A DNA stretch of 64,000 nucleotides from Octopus bimaculoides (GCF_001194135.2 NC_068989.1:69493845-69557844), one strand, 5' to 3'; shown: positions 51,258 through 63,452, counted from the first letter of the stretch. Numbers and translations: made by a program. Notes: generated by a model from the letters alone, not told the origin.

Positions 51258-51560
51258 TTCTTTCAGTTTCCATCTACCATATCTACTCATAGGGCTTTGA
51301 TTGATCTGGGGCTATAGTAGGAGACACTTGACCAAGGTGCCACATAGTGGGACTGATCCTAAGATCATGTAGTTGGGAAGCAAACTTCTTAACCACATAG
51401 CCATGCCTGCACCTATATAGTTAAGACATTTTTGTTACAGGCACATGAGTCTAGCTTTTAATCTCATTGTGTAATAGCTTGACCAAGTGTCTTCTACTAT
51501 AGTCTTGGATGAACAAATATCTAGTGAATGGAATTTGAAGATTGCACAGAACCCTCTTCA
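51258..51560. mobile_element. Two SINE family B heads in head-to-head orientation
   Basis: Minus copy 51258-51415; diverged plus copy from about 51436 (gaccaagtgtcttctactatag). Confidence 0.55.
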
Positions 51561-52881
51561 GGATATGTGTGTGTGTCTTTGAGAGAAATTACTTATGTCT
51601 ATTTATGTGTGTGTTCCTGTTTATGCTGGTCATTAGAACTGTGTAATGACATGCTATGCTCTGTAACTTATTGGGTCAGCAAATAGAGTTTGACATAGTG
51701 AATAACTAGGGTAATATGATAGACTAGATCGTCAAAGGTGAGGACCAACACAATTGATTCCAGTAACAGAAACCATATTTTAAAAAAATTCTGTTACAAG
51801 TATTTAAAAAAAAATTGTTCTTTTTTCCAATGTTGGATAACATATGCCGTCATACAAAACTGCTTTTATGAATATTCTGCTTGTGTGTCTATAATAAAAA
51901 GCTCTGTACTAATCAACATATATTGATGTGGTGCTCAAAAGTGAGACATGAAAGAAGTTAAGGTTTTGAGATATTGGATATATATTATTGCTTGTAAAAG
52001 AAAAGACCATAAAACAGATATCAAATGATTTGACTAAAGTTTACAAAGTGTATAGAGGTAGTAAAGGTGACTTTTGAGAAAATTAAATCAGGAAAGTATT
52101 TTGCTTTTCTGTCTGTTTGTCTGCTGTCTGTCAATCTCTGTCTCTGTCTATATTTATTTGTGTGTCTATTTTATCTATCTGTCTGTCTGTGTGAGGGTCT
52201 ATTTCTCTCTCTCTTTTTCTCTCTGTCTATTTCTGTCTATATTTATCACTCTGTGTCTGTCTATATTTATCTCTCTGTCAGTCTATCTGACTATCTGTGT
52301 GTGTACATTATAATTTACTAGTAACACATGCACTTGCAGACACACTAATATATTTTTGATAAATACACATCATTATACAACATATTGCAGTATATCATTA
52401 GTGTGTTTTATATCTCGGGCGATATCAAATAAAATCTTCATAATAATCACTATATAATCACATTCTGTAACATCAGGAGATACGATACATGATTATGAGG
52501 ATTTTATTTGATTTTCCTTGAAATGTATAATAGACTAACGTTATAACAAGTTATTATGTATATATATCACGTTGCATATTGCCCAGCGATTTGTTTTGAG
52601 AAAAGGATAGCATAAAGCAATAAGATAGATGCTTGAAGTGTATATAGAAGTCAAAAGTATTAAATGTTCTTTCATACACAGGAGGCGTAAAGACCAAACA
52701 CCAGAATGTCTTTCTTAGACATTCTTTTACTGGTTTAATACAATGGAATCAGTCATGCTGGACTTTGTCATTGAAGGTTTAATCTGTTATGTTGACTCTG
52801 GTACTTATTTTGTCATCAGTACCTTTTTAACAAACCACACAAGGGTACATTACACCTGTTTCAACAAACAGGGTAAACATC

Positions 52882-52962
<81 letters not shown>

Positions 52963-53084
52963 CTGAAGGGTTTTAGCACAATTTCCAAATTCCATTTATA
53001 TATTTGTTCATCCAAAACTATAATAGAAGTCACTTGCTCAAGCTACCACATAGGTGAGATTGATCCTAGAGAATCACATAACTG

Positions 53085-53400
53085 TAAAAAAGATTTCTCA
53101 ATTATACAGTCATATTTGTCTGTATTTGTATTTTACTTTTTTTCTACTTTTTTTTTTACTTAGCAATAATGTGGTCTAGTGGTTAAGGTATTGCACCCAT
53201 GAAGGTAAGATTGTAGTTTCGATTCCCCTATCAGGTGGTACATTGTGCTTTTGAGCAAAACATTTAATTTAAACTGTGAAAAAGACTTCTTAAATTTTAC
53301 AGCCATATATTTGCCTATCTGAATATTTTTTACTTAGCAATATCTTGATCTAGTGGTTAAGATGTTACACTCACAATCATAAGATGGTGGTTTCAATTCC
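53085..53400 (+). repeat. Old tandem duplication (about 190 bp) containing a SINE family C head and its flank
   Basis: aaaga(t/c)ttct...acag(t/c)cata...ttttacttagcaat...tctagtggttaag...gtttc(g/a)attcc occurs twice. Confidence 0.65.
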
Positions 53401-54744
53401 ACTCAGCTGTAAATGCATTCTTGCAGTAGCTGGGAATTTAACCTGATGAGAGACTGGTATCCAATTCTGGGGGAAAGTGGATTGTGATCTCAGTTACTCA
53501 TACACTATGGAAACAGGATTAAGTTACAACCTTATGATTCCTAGACCTCCTGACTAAGTAAATAGCAATTCCTAAACTGAGATATCCATCTCTGGCTAGT
53601 TTATTCTTTTCACTTCAAGGCCGGTGTGAATGAAGGTTACACCATTTATGTCTTTCTCAAAGATATTGGCGATATCATTAATGTAAAATAGGAACTAAAA
53701 ACTAAGGTGTTCTCTCAGACTGCTTGGAGCTTGCTTTGTGTTGTGTTGTTGATTAGTAATGGTTGTGCACTGATTGTTAACTATACATTGTTAGCAATGG
53801 ATATAGCTATTATATTGCATGATAAAAGATAATGCATCATATTGTATAATAGAAGAATTTTTTCATACAATCTTAACACTTATTTTCTGCAATTAAGAAA
53901 GTAACTGTACTGCAGACATGCTCAACAGAGACTAGCATATAGAATGGCTAATGCTTCTAATAATAAAAGCGCTTGGAATAACACTATTTAAATATGATAT
54001 GATACCAAATTGTCTTAATAACCTTAATATCATAAATAGATATATTTAATTTCATTCTTCAAATAATATAAAATAGTTTGATAGAAAATGGTGAGCTAAA
54101 ACCTTTTGTGTTCTTTTGCCATACTGTATATTCTACAGCTTTACAGCATTATATAGAATTTTGTACTTAGTGGTTAATTGATGTGATTAAAAGTCCGTTC
54201 AGCTGGAAGAAGATTTGATTTGCAACAGGAAATTTTCATAATGCTGTTATATTTGTTTAGAAATCCATGATGTATTTCTAAATGTCCTACAATTACCAAA
54301 ATGCTTGACTTGACTCTTCAATTTTTAATGATAAAATTGCTATACTTAATATCTTTCATGAAGTGCACATACTATAATTTTATATTCTTCTTAACAGCAT
54401 CATAAATAGCGAGCCTAAATTATTTCCAGCCTGACACATGAATTCTTTGTATAGCCAACACTACATCACAAAAGTTGGTTTTTCTCTTCGGAACCAAAAA
54501 ATACTTTAACAAAGAAGAGTTCCTTACTCATTTTTCAATGCATAAATACACCCTACACTGGATGCAGGCATGGCTGTGCAATTGAGAAATGTGCTTCCCT
54601 CCCACATGATTGTGAGACATGGCACTTTGGGCAAGTGTCTTCTACAGTCCAAAGATTACCTAGAGCCTTGTGAGTGGATAAGGTAGATGGAAATGGAAAG
54701 AAGCCTGTCATATATATATATATAAAGAAAATGGATAGTGTTCA

Positions 54745-55081
54745 CACAGAAAAAAAAAAACAATTTATCTATATAATAGTCAATTTAATGTCACCTATGC
54801 ACATTTCAGTTCCCAGCTACATTCATATTTAACAATTAAAATTGCATTATGAATTTAAAAGGTAAATATCTCTTCAGAGCAAAAATTGACATATATTCAT
54901 ATATATTCATTCAGTATGTAAGGAGCTCCATCCAACACGTCAATTTTTGCCCTGAAGAGATCTTTACCTTTTAAATTCATAATGCAATTTTAATTGTAAA
55001 ATATGAATGTAGGTTGGAATTGAAATGTGCATAGGCAACATGAAATTGACTATTATATAAATAAATTGATTTTTTTCTGTG
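54745..55081. mobile_element. Foldback MITE with about 145-bp arms, CACAG...CTGTG termini and TTCA direct repeats
   Basis: 54744-54890 is a close reverse complement of 54939-55082; TTCA at 54741-54744 and 55082-55085. Confidence 0.8.
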
Positions 55082-55356
55082 TTCACATTCTCTATTTTCT
55101 TTATATTATATTATTAAATTCTGTTCTCCTAGATCAAATGTATGAAAACATCTATAACAACTGGAACCTTATAAGTGCTAAGCACTAATTTTAAAGAAGA
55201 ACCATCAATAAATATTAATACTAACACAAATTAACAAATTCCAGGAAAATTAATCGATAGGGAGATAAACTGGTGTACACGTGGATGAAATACATCCCTA
55301 TGAAAGAGCAACCTCTTTCCATAAGAAACTTCATAATATATATATATATATAAATA

Positions 55357-55482
55357 CAGTGTACATAAGAGGTATCCATCATAGATTACCACACGCTAGA
55401 AAGAACAGCTATGTTCCAAACTGTTCTTCTAGCATGAGGGAATCCTATGATGGATACCTCTTATGTGTTTAAATGTACACTG
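55357..55482. mobile_element. Small hairpin MITE, TA-CAGTG...CACTG-TA (Tc1/mariner-like ends)
   Basis: About 55-60-bp arms around a 12-nt loop (55409-55420); 8-nt indel in the right arm. Confidence 0.6.
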
Positions 55483-55587
55483 TATTTATATGAATGATAT
55501 ATAGTCTATGGACTAAATTTTTACACGCTAGGCCACTGGTAGTAGAAATTTCTAATATTTCTAATTACCCTTCGATATTATTAATTA

Positions 55588-55643
<56 letters not shown>

Positions 55644-55644
55644 A

Positions 55645-55810
55645 GTTCAAATGTCTCTGAAAGCTACTTTACCTTTCATCATTTTAAGATCAGTAAATAT
55701 AGGATGAAAGGCAAAGTTAACCTCAGCTGGACTTGAACTCAGAGTACTGAGTTGAGATAACTAACATAAAGCATTCTATTTGATGTTCAACAACTCTGTC
55801 AGTTCACTGT
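55645..55810 (-). mobile_element. SINE family A copy (partial)
   Basis: ggatgaaaggcaaagttaac...ttgaactcagag is the reverse complement of the family A core. Confidence 0.6.
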
Positions 55811-56513
55811 CTAATGTTTACTGAGATTGGTTAGTGTTTTTTTTGAATCGGGGGAATTTTCCTGTTCTGTTTAACACCAAAAATACATAGCCAAGTATTT
55901 GTCTTTATAAGAGACATGATGTTTGCATTTTGATCCTAGTTTTAATCTATGCATATGTATTCCAGTTTGAGCAACTGGTGTCTGTGCTCCTTATGTAAAG
56001 CTTATCCCCTTTCCCATTGTTGCTAAACATTTACATTGATGTTTACTTAGCTACAATTCTCAATGCTATGAAAAGCCTAACAGCATGCTTTCAATTCTTA
56101 GCTACATAGCAAATGTTAATCTTTATGATCAGTGTATTCATTGTATGCTTTCTTTACCATGCTGTGCAATATTTTCGCTTGAATTAAATAGTTGGAAGTC
56201 TTGTAATATATCACATAATAACTAGGTTTATACATGTAACATGGAACAAACACTTCAAAATTGTAGTGTTTGTTTATGTTCTGTTCTTTATTTCAGCTTT
56301 TAATAAACAGTGATTTTGTTTACTCTACTTACTTAAAAAATATAAATAAATCTCAATAAAATACCATATATATGTATGTATGTGTGTATGCATGTATGTA
56401 TGTATGTATGTATGTTGTATGTATGTATGCATGCATGTATGTATGTATGTATGTGTGTGTGTATGTATGTATGAATGTATATATGTCAATATGGAATACA
56501 GACACTAAATGAT

Positions 56514-56549
<36 letters not shown>

Positions 56550-56581
56550 NNNNNNNNNNNNNNNNNNNNNNNNNNNNNNNN

Positions 56582-56627
<46 letters not shown>

Positions 56628-56760
56628 GAAGCTGAGCTCTGCAATGTAATGCAATACTTTTTCTATTGTTAATGTTTTTTTTTATAATAAAAATTAATTG
56701 TTGGAATTTGCTTTTCATTTCATCATTATCTGTTGAGCATAATCTCTTTTTATGTGATTG

Positions 56761-56802
<42 letters not shown>

Positions 56803-59707
56803 TCTTTCTTTCTTTTCAAAATTTCCACAGCCTGTTTGCTTCAAAATAATCGAATTTTTGTCACTTTTCTCAGTGTGTAATTATATACATGTGCTTGTGT
56901 TTTGACTTGACTATGTGATGAGCATTGAGATTTCTGTTAATTTCAAAGCGTCTATACTTGCCTGTCTGATTACCTATGTACATGTAGAGTTCTGAGTTAA
57001 AAAAACAAAACCTCAGAAAAGTCTCATATCCTGGAGAAAATGATTTAAACCAAATTATCTGCTACAACTAATATTGTTAGGTGAAAAATACTTCTGTATA
57101 CCGTACACTTTGATTGCCAGTCATTGCTCAATCAAAAATGTTGTCAGCCAATCAAAATACCTCTGTGCTGGAATGCATGCATACTTTGGTAACTTGTAAT
57201 AGGTTTAAGATAAAGGAGTTAGATATTTGCGATAAGATAGTGTATGTTTTTATGTTTTGTTTGTTTGTTTGTTTGTTTTTTGCTATAGAATAACAACAGA
57301 TCAACAAGTGTGTTCACAACCAGTTATATACATATATTTAGGCAAAGGCAAATTTGAAGTTGGTGTAGTTGATCCAGCAATAATATTACTTCTGGAATTA
57401 ATACGTTGGAGCCCTTTCTGTTCTGAAGAATGTGGTCCTATGGATATTTGTGAAAACCAGTATTTAGGAAATGTGTTGAACTGCAATATTTAAGTTAGTG
57501 TTAACATGTTTAATGCTGGGAGAATTAACCTTTTTGATATGAACTCATCTGAATTCCTATCCCTACTCCCAGATTCTAGGATACAAACTTTCTGTCTTAA
57601 AGTAATCTAAGTTAAATTCTTCCATCAAAATTTGTTTTTGTTAATTTATGTTGAAAGCATTAGCTTAACCCTCCCAGTCATGTCCACTTCCCTTATCCAC
57701 CATTCTCTACATCTATGCATCAATCCCCTCAATCTTATTCAGTCTCTACCATTGTCATCTACTCTTCTCTATTTATCATCTTTCAACACTAGTTCTTCAT
57801 TCATTATATTCACCCCTTCACTCATTCTCTATCTCACATTCTCCCACACACTCTCATAATCACTATCCATCCACTAAGTACTTCTCTCTGCACTCACAAC
57901 CACTTACCTTGTACCTTTAGGATTCACCCAGACACCTCATCACCACTATCTTTATCTCTTCTTAGCTCCATTCCAATTACTGCCCCCACTTCCGCTTCTA
58001 AAATGTGAGTAGCCATGTCATTCCTCTTCAGCAAAATCTCTAGTTCTTTCTCTCATCACAGAGCACAAATCCACCTTTCTTGGGGCTCATAGTTTTTCTG
58101 GCTACATAGCAACCTCACTAGAGCTGGTGTCATGAAAAAAAAAAAAAAAAAAAGACACACAGTACTCACTGTAAAGTGGTTGGTGTTAGGAAGAGCACCC
58201 AGTCATAGAAACCATGCCAAAGTTGACAGTGAAGTACAATGTAGTCTTTTGACCCATCAGAATCCTGTCAAACTGCTAATCTCATGCTAGAATGGAACAT
58301 GGATGACAATAATTTCTATTGAAGTACATTACCTTTGTTACAATTAATTTTGAAAATATGAAGAATTTAGTAAAATATTTATGTCTGTTGACCTACTATT
58401 TGAAACATTAACATGAAAGTTTGATGCAAGGTTTTAATTTTGATCATTTTAAATCATAGAACCAAAGATGTTTCATTTGGGTTGGTGTGAAAAGGGTTAA
58501 TGATGATGAAGTTAGTTTGCTGAATTTTTTGTTATTTTCAAAATTGATAGAAACAAAGGCCATATTTTAACAGAAATATGATAACAAAAAAGGCGATGTT
58601 GTTTTAGTTCCTTCAACAACATTTGTACAGGTGAGTTTCTGGTAAACATCTTAATGGACATACCTCACTAACTAGTGCAAAGGTATGAAGAAAATATATA
58701 ACTCTTAAATGATATGCTAATAGGTTACATTTCCATTGCATAAATTATTAGAAGACAATAAATATAAATGAGCTAAGAATTTTTTAAAAATTGAATTACT
58801 GAATATAATTGGAATTTAGGAATCAAACTAATTATTTTTTTTTTTTTAGCCCGGGAGATTCCAATTATTGAGTTCAGTTTGCATCTAAAATAAGAAGTGT
58901 AAAGTGGAATGGAATAGATTAACTATAATGAAAATTATTGAAGAAAACTAACTAAGCATATGTTTTGTACTGGCATTTAGTGATTATAAGAATAAAGTAA
59001 AACTAAGAACAGCAAAAAGAAATTATGACCAGCTTCTAAGAGAGAGTATGGATTGCATTTCGGAAATAACTAACGGCAAGGCAGTTGTAGGAAAATATAA
59101 TTATGTCACCGCACAGAACTCGTGATAGAGTTATTGTGCTAACTTCTTAGCTCCTCTGTAATTGACACTAATGAAAATGTTATGCAAAGTTGATTAAATT
59201 TGAATTTCAGATTTATTTCTCCTTGCATTCACTATTCTCCAGGAAGTTCAATCAATTTGCATAAACCAAATATGCAAAGTTTAGAGATGAAATTTCTTCT
59301 TGTTTTTCCCAGAACTTAACTGATAAAAGTGTTTTGATATGTTGCTGTTGTCATTGTTGTGGTTTAGTGCTAAGTCAAGCAGATCTGTGATCAGACTTAT
59401 GATCAAAGGCAGTCCAGCCGTGACCACCCTGTCTTCTTTTTTTAAGTATAGTGTGTCACAGACTACATAATCCTGTGTGTTGTTTGTTCTAAGATAGTAT
59501 AATGTGGTCTGAAGGCAAACTGGTTGCAAGTTATTTGATGCTTGGACCAGTGAAAAGCATACTGTCATGCAAATATACAAACACATGTATATGTTTGTGT
59601 GTGTACATATGCACAATCCCTGTATATTTACACACTCTCCTTCATTTCTCTTTCTCTTTTTTTGACTATGTATGTGTGTATGTATGTATGTATGTATATA
59701 TATTACC

Positions 59708-60056
59708 AACCAAGGTTAAAGAGCTTCTACCTGCCCATGACAGGTAGAAGCTCTTTAACCTTGGTTATTCTGACTTATATTCTGACGATATGTCTGTGCA
59801 CACGTTTGAATGTGGTGTATGCCAGAAGGCTTGCAAATCCAATGGGGGTCTTAAAAGACATGTTAAGATCCACAATGAGCAGAACTTACCTGCAGGTATT
59901 GGTAGTTCAAATCAGAGGTGCAATCTGTGTGGGTGTTTTTTCAGAACATTGTCTGGTTTAAAAAGCCACATCAGACGCCATGAAAGGGCTAAGGTGTAGG
60001 TACAGGAGGTGGTCAAACTCTGTGTAAAGAGTAGACAATCACCATGTATGTATGTA
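59708..60056 (+). mobile_element. Probable 5'-truncated LINE 3' end with two C2H2 fingers, 5' foldback hairpin and (ATGT)n tail
   Basis: Perfect 26-bp hairpin 59708-59766; frame open 59748-59999; short 3' UTR ending in ATGT repeats. Confidence 0.6.
59790..59999 (+). pseudogene. Two intact C2H2 zinc fingers (C-x2-C-x12-H-x3-H), likely the C-terminus of a LINE ORF
   Basis: CGVCQKACKSNGGLKRHVKIH and CNLCGCFFRTLSGLKSHIRRH with a 15-aa non-TGEKP linker; in-frame TAG at 59745-59747. Confidence 0.7.
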
Positions 60057-61184
60057 GGCATGTGTGCAAGTATTAATGTGTATGATTAATTAATAAATTA
60101 ATTACAAAGGGATACTGAACTAGTAGATAGATTTGATTGTCTCCAATATCTTCAGTATTAGAAATAACCATAGTAGAGTACTTAGGACAAAAAAAGAAAA
60201 ATTTGGTTTTAACTGGGGTATCAGCAAATGTATTCTTAACCTAGTAGCTGGATTTCTTGCAAAATTTCTAAATTTAAAGAACAAGTCAATAGAGAAATCA
60301 TGGCAATGAAGTATCCTGATTTTGCTTATAAGAACTTCATTATAAATATAACACATTATCTACATATTTATTGAAATAATGGCTGAAATGGCTCAGTCTT
60401 CACTTGACAGCATAATATATCAATGTGTCAAAGCATAATTTTATAACAGCTAATCATAATAATTTCTTTGTTGTTTTGTTTTTGTCAATACAGTTCATAT
60501 ACCAGATTTTTTTTTAATGTCTATAAAAACAATCTGTTTCCTTCCATTTTCCATCCCACCTATGTTGTAAAAGAAAGCATGAGTGATACATTTCTGTTAA
60601 TTAGTATATAACTTTCTATATAAATTATTGAATTTTTTGTTAATTCATTTATTTATTTATTGTTACTATGTGGTTCCTCTCATTAAGCTTACCAATCTAC
60701 TATGAAGAATGGCTATTTTTAACAAAAGAGACTGATGTCTCACTGATGTCTCACAACTAAATGATGTCTCACTTGAAATGTTTTTTTTTTTATAAAATAA
60801 TGTCCATATAAAATTTTTTTTTTTTGATGGATTTATTAGAGAGAGAGAAGATAGAATATTAATTTTTTTGGTAAAAACTGAAGTTGCTGTTTAATAATTA
60901 ATCATCTATATTTGAATGGTCTTCATCATTATCATTTTAATGTCCACTTTTCCATGCATGTATGCACCTGATAGAATTTGTTAAGTCAAATTCTCTATGG
61001 CTGGATGCACTTCCTATTGCTAACTCTCACCTGATTCCAAATAAAGTAGCTAGAGATATGGCTTGATATATTTTCACAGATTGTAAACAAAGGACATCAC
61101 TTGTATAATGACGATGCTCATTTACACCTTACATGTGATGTTGAGACAAGATGACATTAATGTGCAGACACATTTGTATAAATA

Positions 61185-61210
61185 TCTATATATATAAAAA
61201 TGAGAATGTG

Positions 61211-61265
<55 letters not shown>

Positions 61266-62662
61266 GTGAATCCCTAAAACTCGAGAACTACGCAACCAAT
61301 TTCATTCAAATTTTACAGATGCCTTACTTTGGGTTCCAGTTGTGTTTTAGTCAAAAAATTTTTTAACTTCTTGCAGAGTTCGAGCCCACGGCAACATAAT
61401 ATCTCCTCCACTATTTAAGTATTACGTGTCAAAAGTGAAACAAAAACACTCATGTCAAATNNNNNNNNNNNNNNNNNNNNNNNNNNNNNNNNNNNNNNNN
61501 NNNNNNNNNNNNNNNNNNNNNNNNNNNNNNNNNNNNNNNNNNNNNNNNNNNNNNNNNNNNNNNNNNNNNNNNNNNNNNNNNNNNNNNNNNNNNNNNNNNN
61601 NNNNNNNNNNNNNNNNNNNNNNNNNNNNNNNNNNNNNNNNNNNNNNNNNNNNNNNNNNNNNNNNNNNNNNNNNNNNNNNNNNNNNNNNNNNNNNNNNNNN
61701 NNNNNNNNNNNNNNNNNNNNNNNNNNNNNNNNNNNNNNNNNNNNNNNNNNNNNNNNNNNNNNNNNNNNNNNNNNNNNNNNNNNNNNNNNNNNNNNNNNNN
61801 NNNNNNNNNNNNNNNNNNNNNNNNNNNNNNNNNNNNNNNNNNNNNNNNNNNNNNNNNNNNNNNNNNNNNNNNNNNNNNNNNNNNNNNNNNNNNNNNNNNN
61901 NNNNNNNNNNNNNNNNNNNNNNNNNNNNNNNNNNNNNNNNNNNNNNNNNNNNNNNNNNNNNNNNNNNNNNNNNNNNNNNNNNNNNNNNNNNNNNNNNNNN
62001 NNNNNNNNNNNNNNNNNNNNNNNNNNNNNNNNNNNNNNNNNNNNNNNNNNNNNNNNNNNNNNNNNNNNNNNNNNNNNNNNNNNNNNNNNNNNNNNNNNNN
62101 NNNNNNNNNNNNNNNNNNNNNNNNNNNNNNNNNNNNNNNNNNNNNNNNNNNNNNNNNNNNNNNNNNNNNNNNNNNNNNNNNNNNNNNNNNNNNNNNNNNN
62201 NNNNNNNNNNNNNNNNNNNNNNNNNNNNNNNNNNNNNNNNNNNNNNNNNNNNNNNNNNNNNNNNNNNNNNNNNNNNNNNNNNNNNNNNNNNNNNNNNNNN
62301 NNNNNNNNNNNNNNNNNNNNNNNNNTGCATAAATTGTCAAGTAAATGAGACGCATCTTTGCCTCTACTGATTCACTTGCAAAGTGTTGAGTAAAATTATT
62401 TCGTTGCAGGCCTCCTTTGGGTCTTTTTATTATCACTGCAACACACATAGTCCCCAGTTGGTAACATTGATTTCAAGGCCCTCCTAGATGAGAGACTGGC
62501 ATTCCACTTAATGTCTATGTTCCATGCTGACATGGATTGGAGAGTTATTAATGTAGAAATATGATATCGTAGCTACTAACAGTTGAGGGTTGCGTAGTCT
62601 AGACGGCGTTTTTAGATTTCATTATTCTCTTTAACCCGGGCAAAGCCGGGTATTTCTGCTAG
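61185..62662 (+). mobile_element. Non-autonomous Helitron spanning an 865-N gap
   Basis: 5' A|TC at 61185, (TCTG)n near the 5' end, 3' hairpin ACCCGG-GCAAAG-CCGGGT (62634-62651), then CTAG|T at 62659-62663. Linking the two ends across the gap is inference. Confidence 0.75.
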
Positions 62663-62754
62663 TATTATATAAATGTTTGTTTTTATATTGAGTTATAATA
62701 AAAACAATTTTACATTTATCTGATGAGTTACTCTCTACTTCTGTCCAGTGCAAA

Positions 62755-62934
62755 TTTATTCTTATACAAGAATGTTGATGACAGTGACTTTGAAGTTTTG
62801 GCCAGTTAAGCCATCGTCAGGCTGCGATGCATATAAAGGCAAGACTAACTCTAATGCATCGTAGTTCAATGACAGCTTAACTGACTGAAACTTTGAAATC
62901 CCTGTCAACATCATTCTTGAATAAGAGTAATAAA
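62755..62934. mobile_element. Head-to-head pair of hammerhead-plus-AATAAA units (putative Penelope-like 3' ends)
   Basis: Left arm 62755-62832 (minus): CAGC-CTGACGA-TGGC-TTAACTG-GCC-AAAAC-TTCAAA-GTC-ACTG...AATAAA. Right arm 62854-62934 (plus): TAGT-TCAATGA-CAGC-TTAACTG-ACT-GAAAC-TTTGAA-ATC-CCTG...AATAAA. 21-nt spacer. Confidence 0.75.
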
Positions 62935-62936
62935 TA

Positions 62937-62974
<38 letters not shown>

Positions 62975-63236
62975 TACATGACATACTTTCATTTTGTGTC
63001 TATTAAATCCATTCACAAAGCTTTGGTTGTCTTGGACGATTATACAAAACACTTGCCCAAAGTACCACACTGTGGGACTTAACCTGAAATCATTTCATTG
63101 GGAAGAAAAGTTCTTAACCTTACACCCATGCCTCCTTCACTTATACCATTCCTACATTATGTTATCATTACATGTACTGGAAAAAATTTTCAGATAAAAT
63201 CTGACAAAAATGTTCTTGTTCCATCCCAATCAGTGT

Positions 63237-63452
63237 TATTACCTCCGCCTTAGTGAGAGGAAGTACTGTTTTCAGTTGTGTTTGTTTGTTTGTTTGCCCA
63301 TGGACAAGATATCTCAAGAACCACTGGATGGATTTGGATAAAACTTTCAAGGATGATTGGCCTCGTGACTGGCATGAAATGATTAGATTTTGGGATCGAT
63401 CTGGTACCAGACAAGGGTTCTGGATTATTTTTCCATTTTCTTTTAATTTTTG
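63237..63452 (+). mobile_element. Helentron-associated (DINE-1/HINE-like) non-autonomous element, 5' part
   Basis: TTATTACCTCCGCC start with decayed hairpin partner (gagaggaagta), (GTTT)n tract, ggatggatttggataaaactt core. Confidence 0.55.

Noticed and set aside
53600-53700. Short open frames on both strands (AGVNEGYTIYVFLKDIG; FLFYINDIANIF)
   Set aside because: Donors are weak, and the RT-like YINDI match is not followed by a YADD-type motif.
59790-59999. Member of a host C2H2 zinc-finger gene cluster
   Set aside because: Only two fingers, no TGEKP linker, an upstream in-frame stop, and a retroelement-like tail and 5' foldback.
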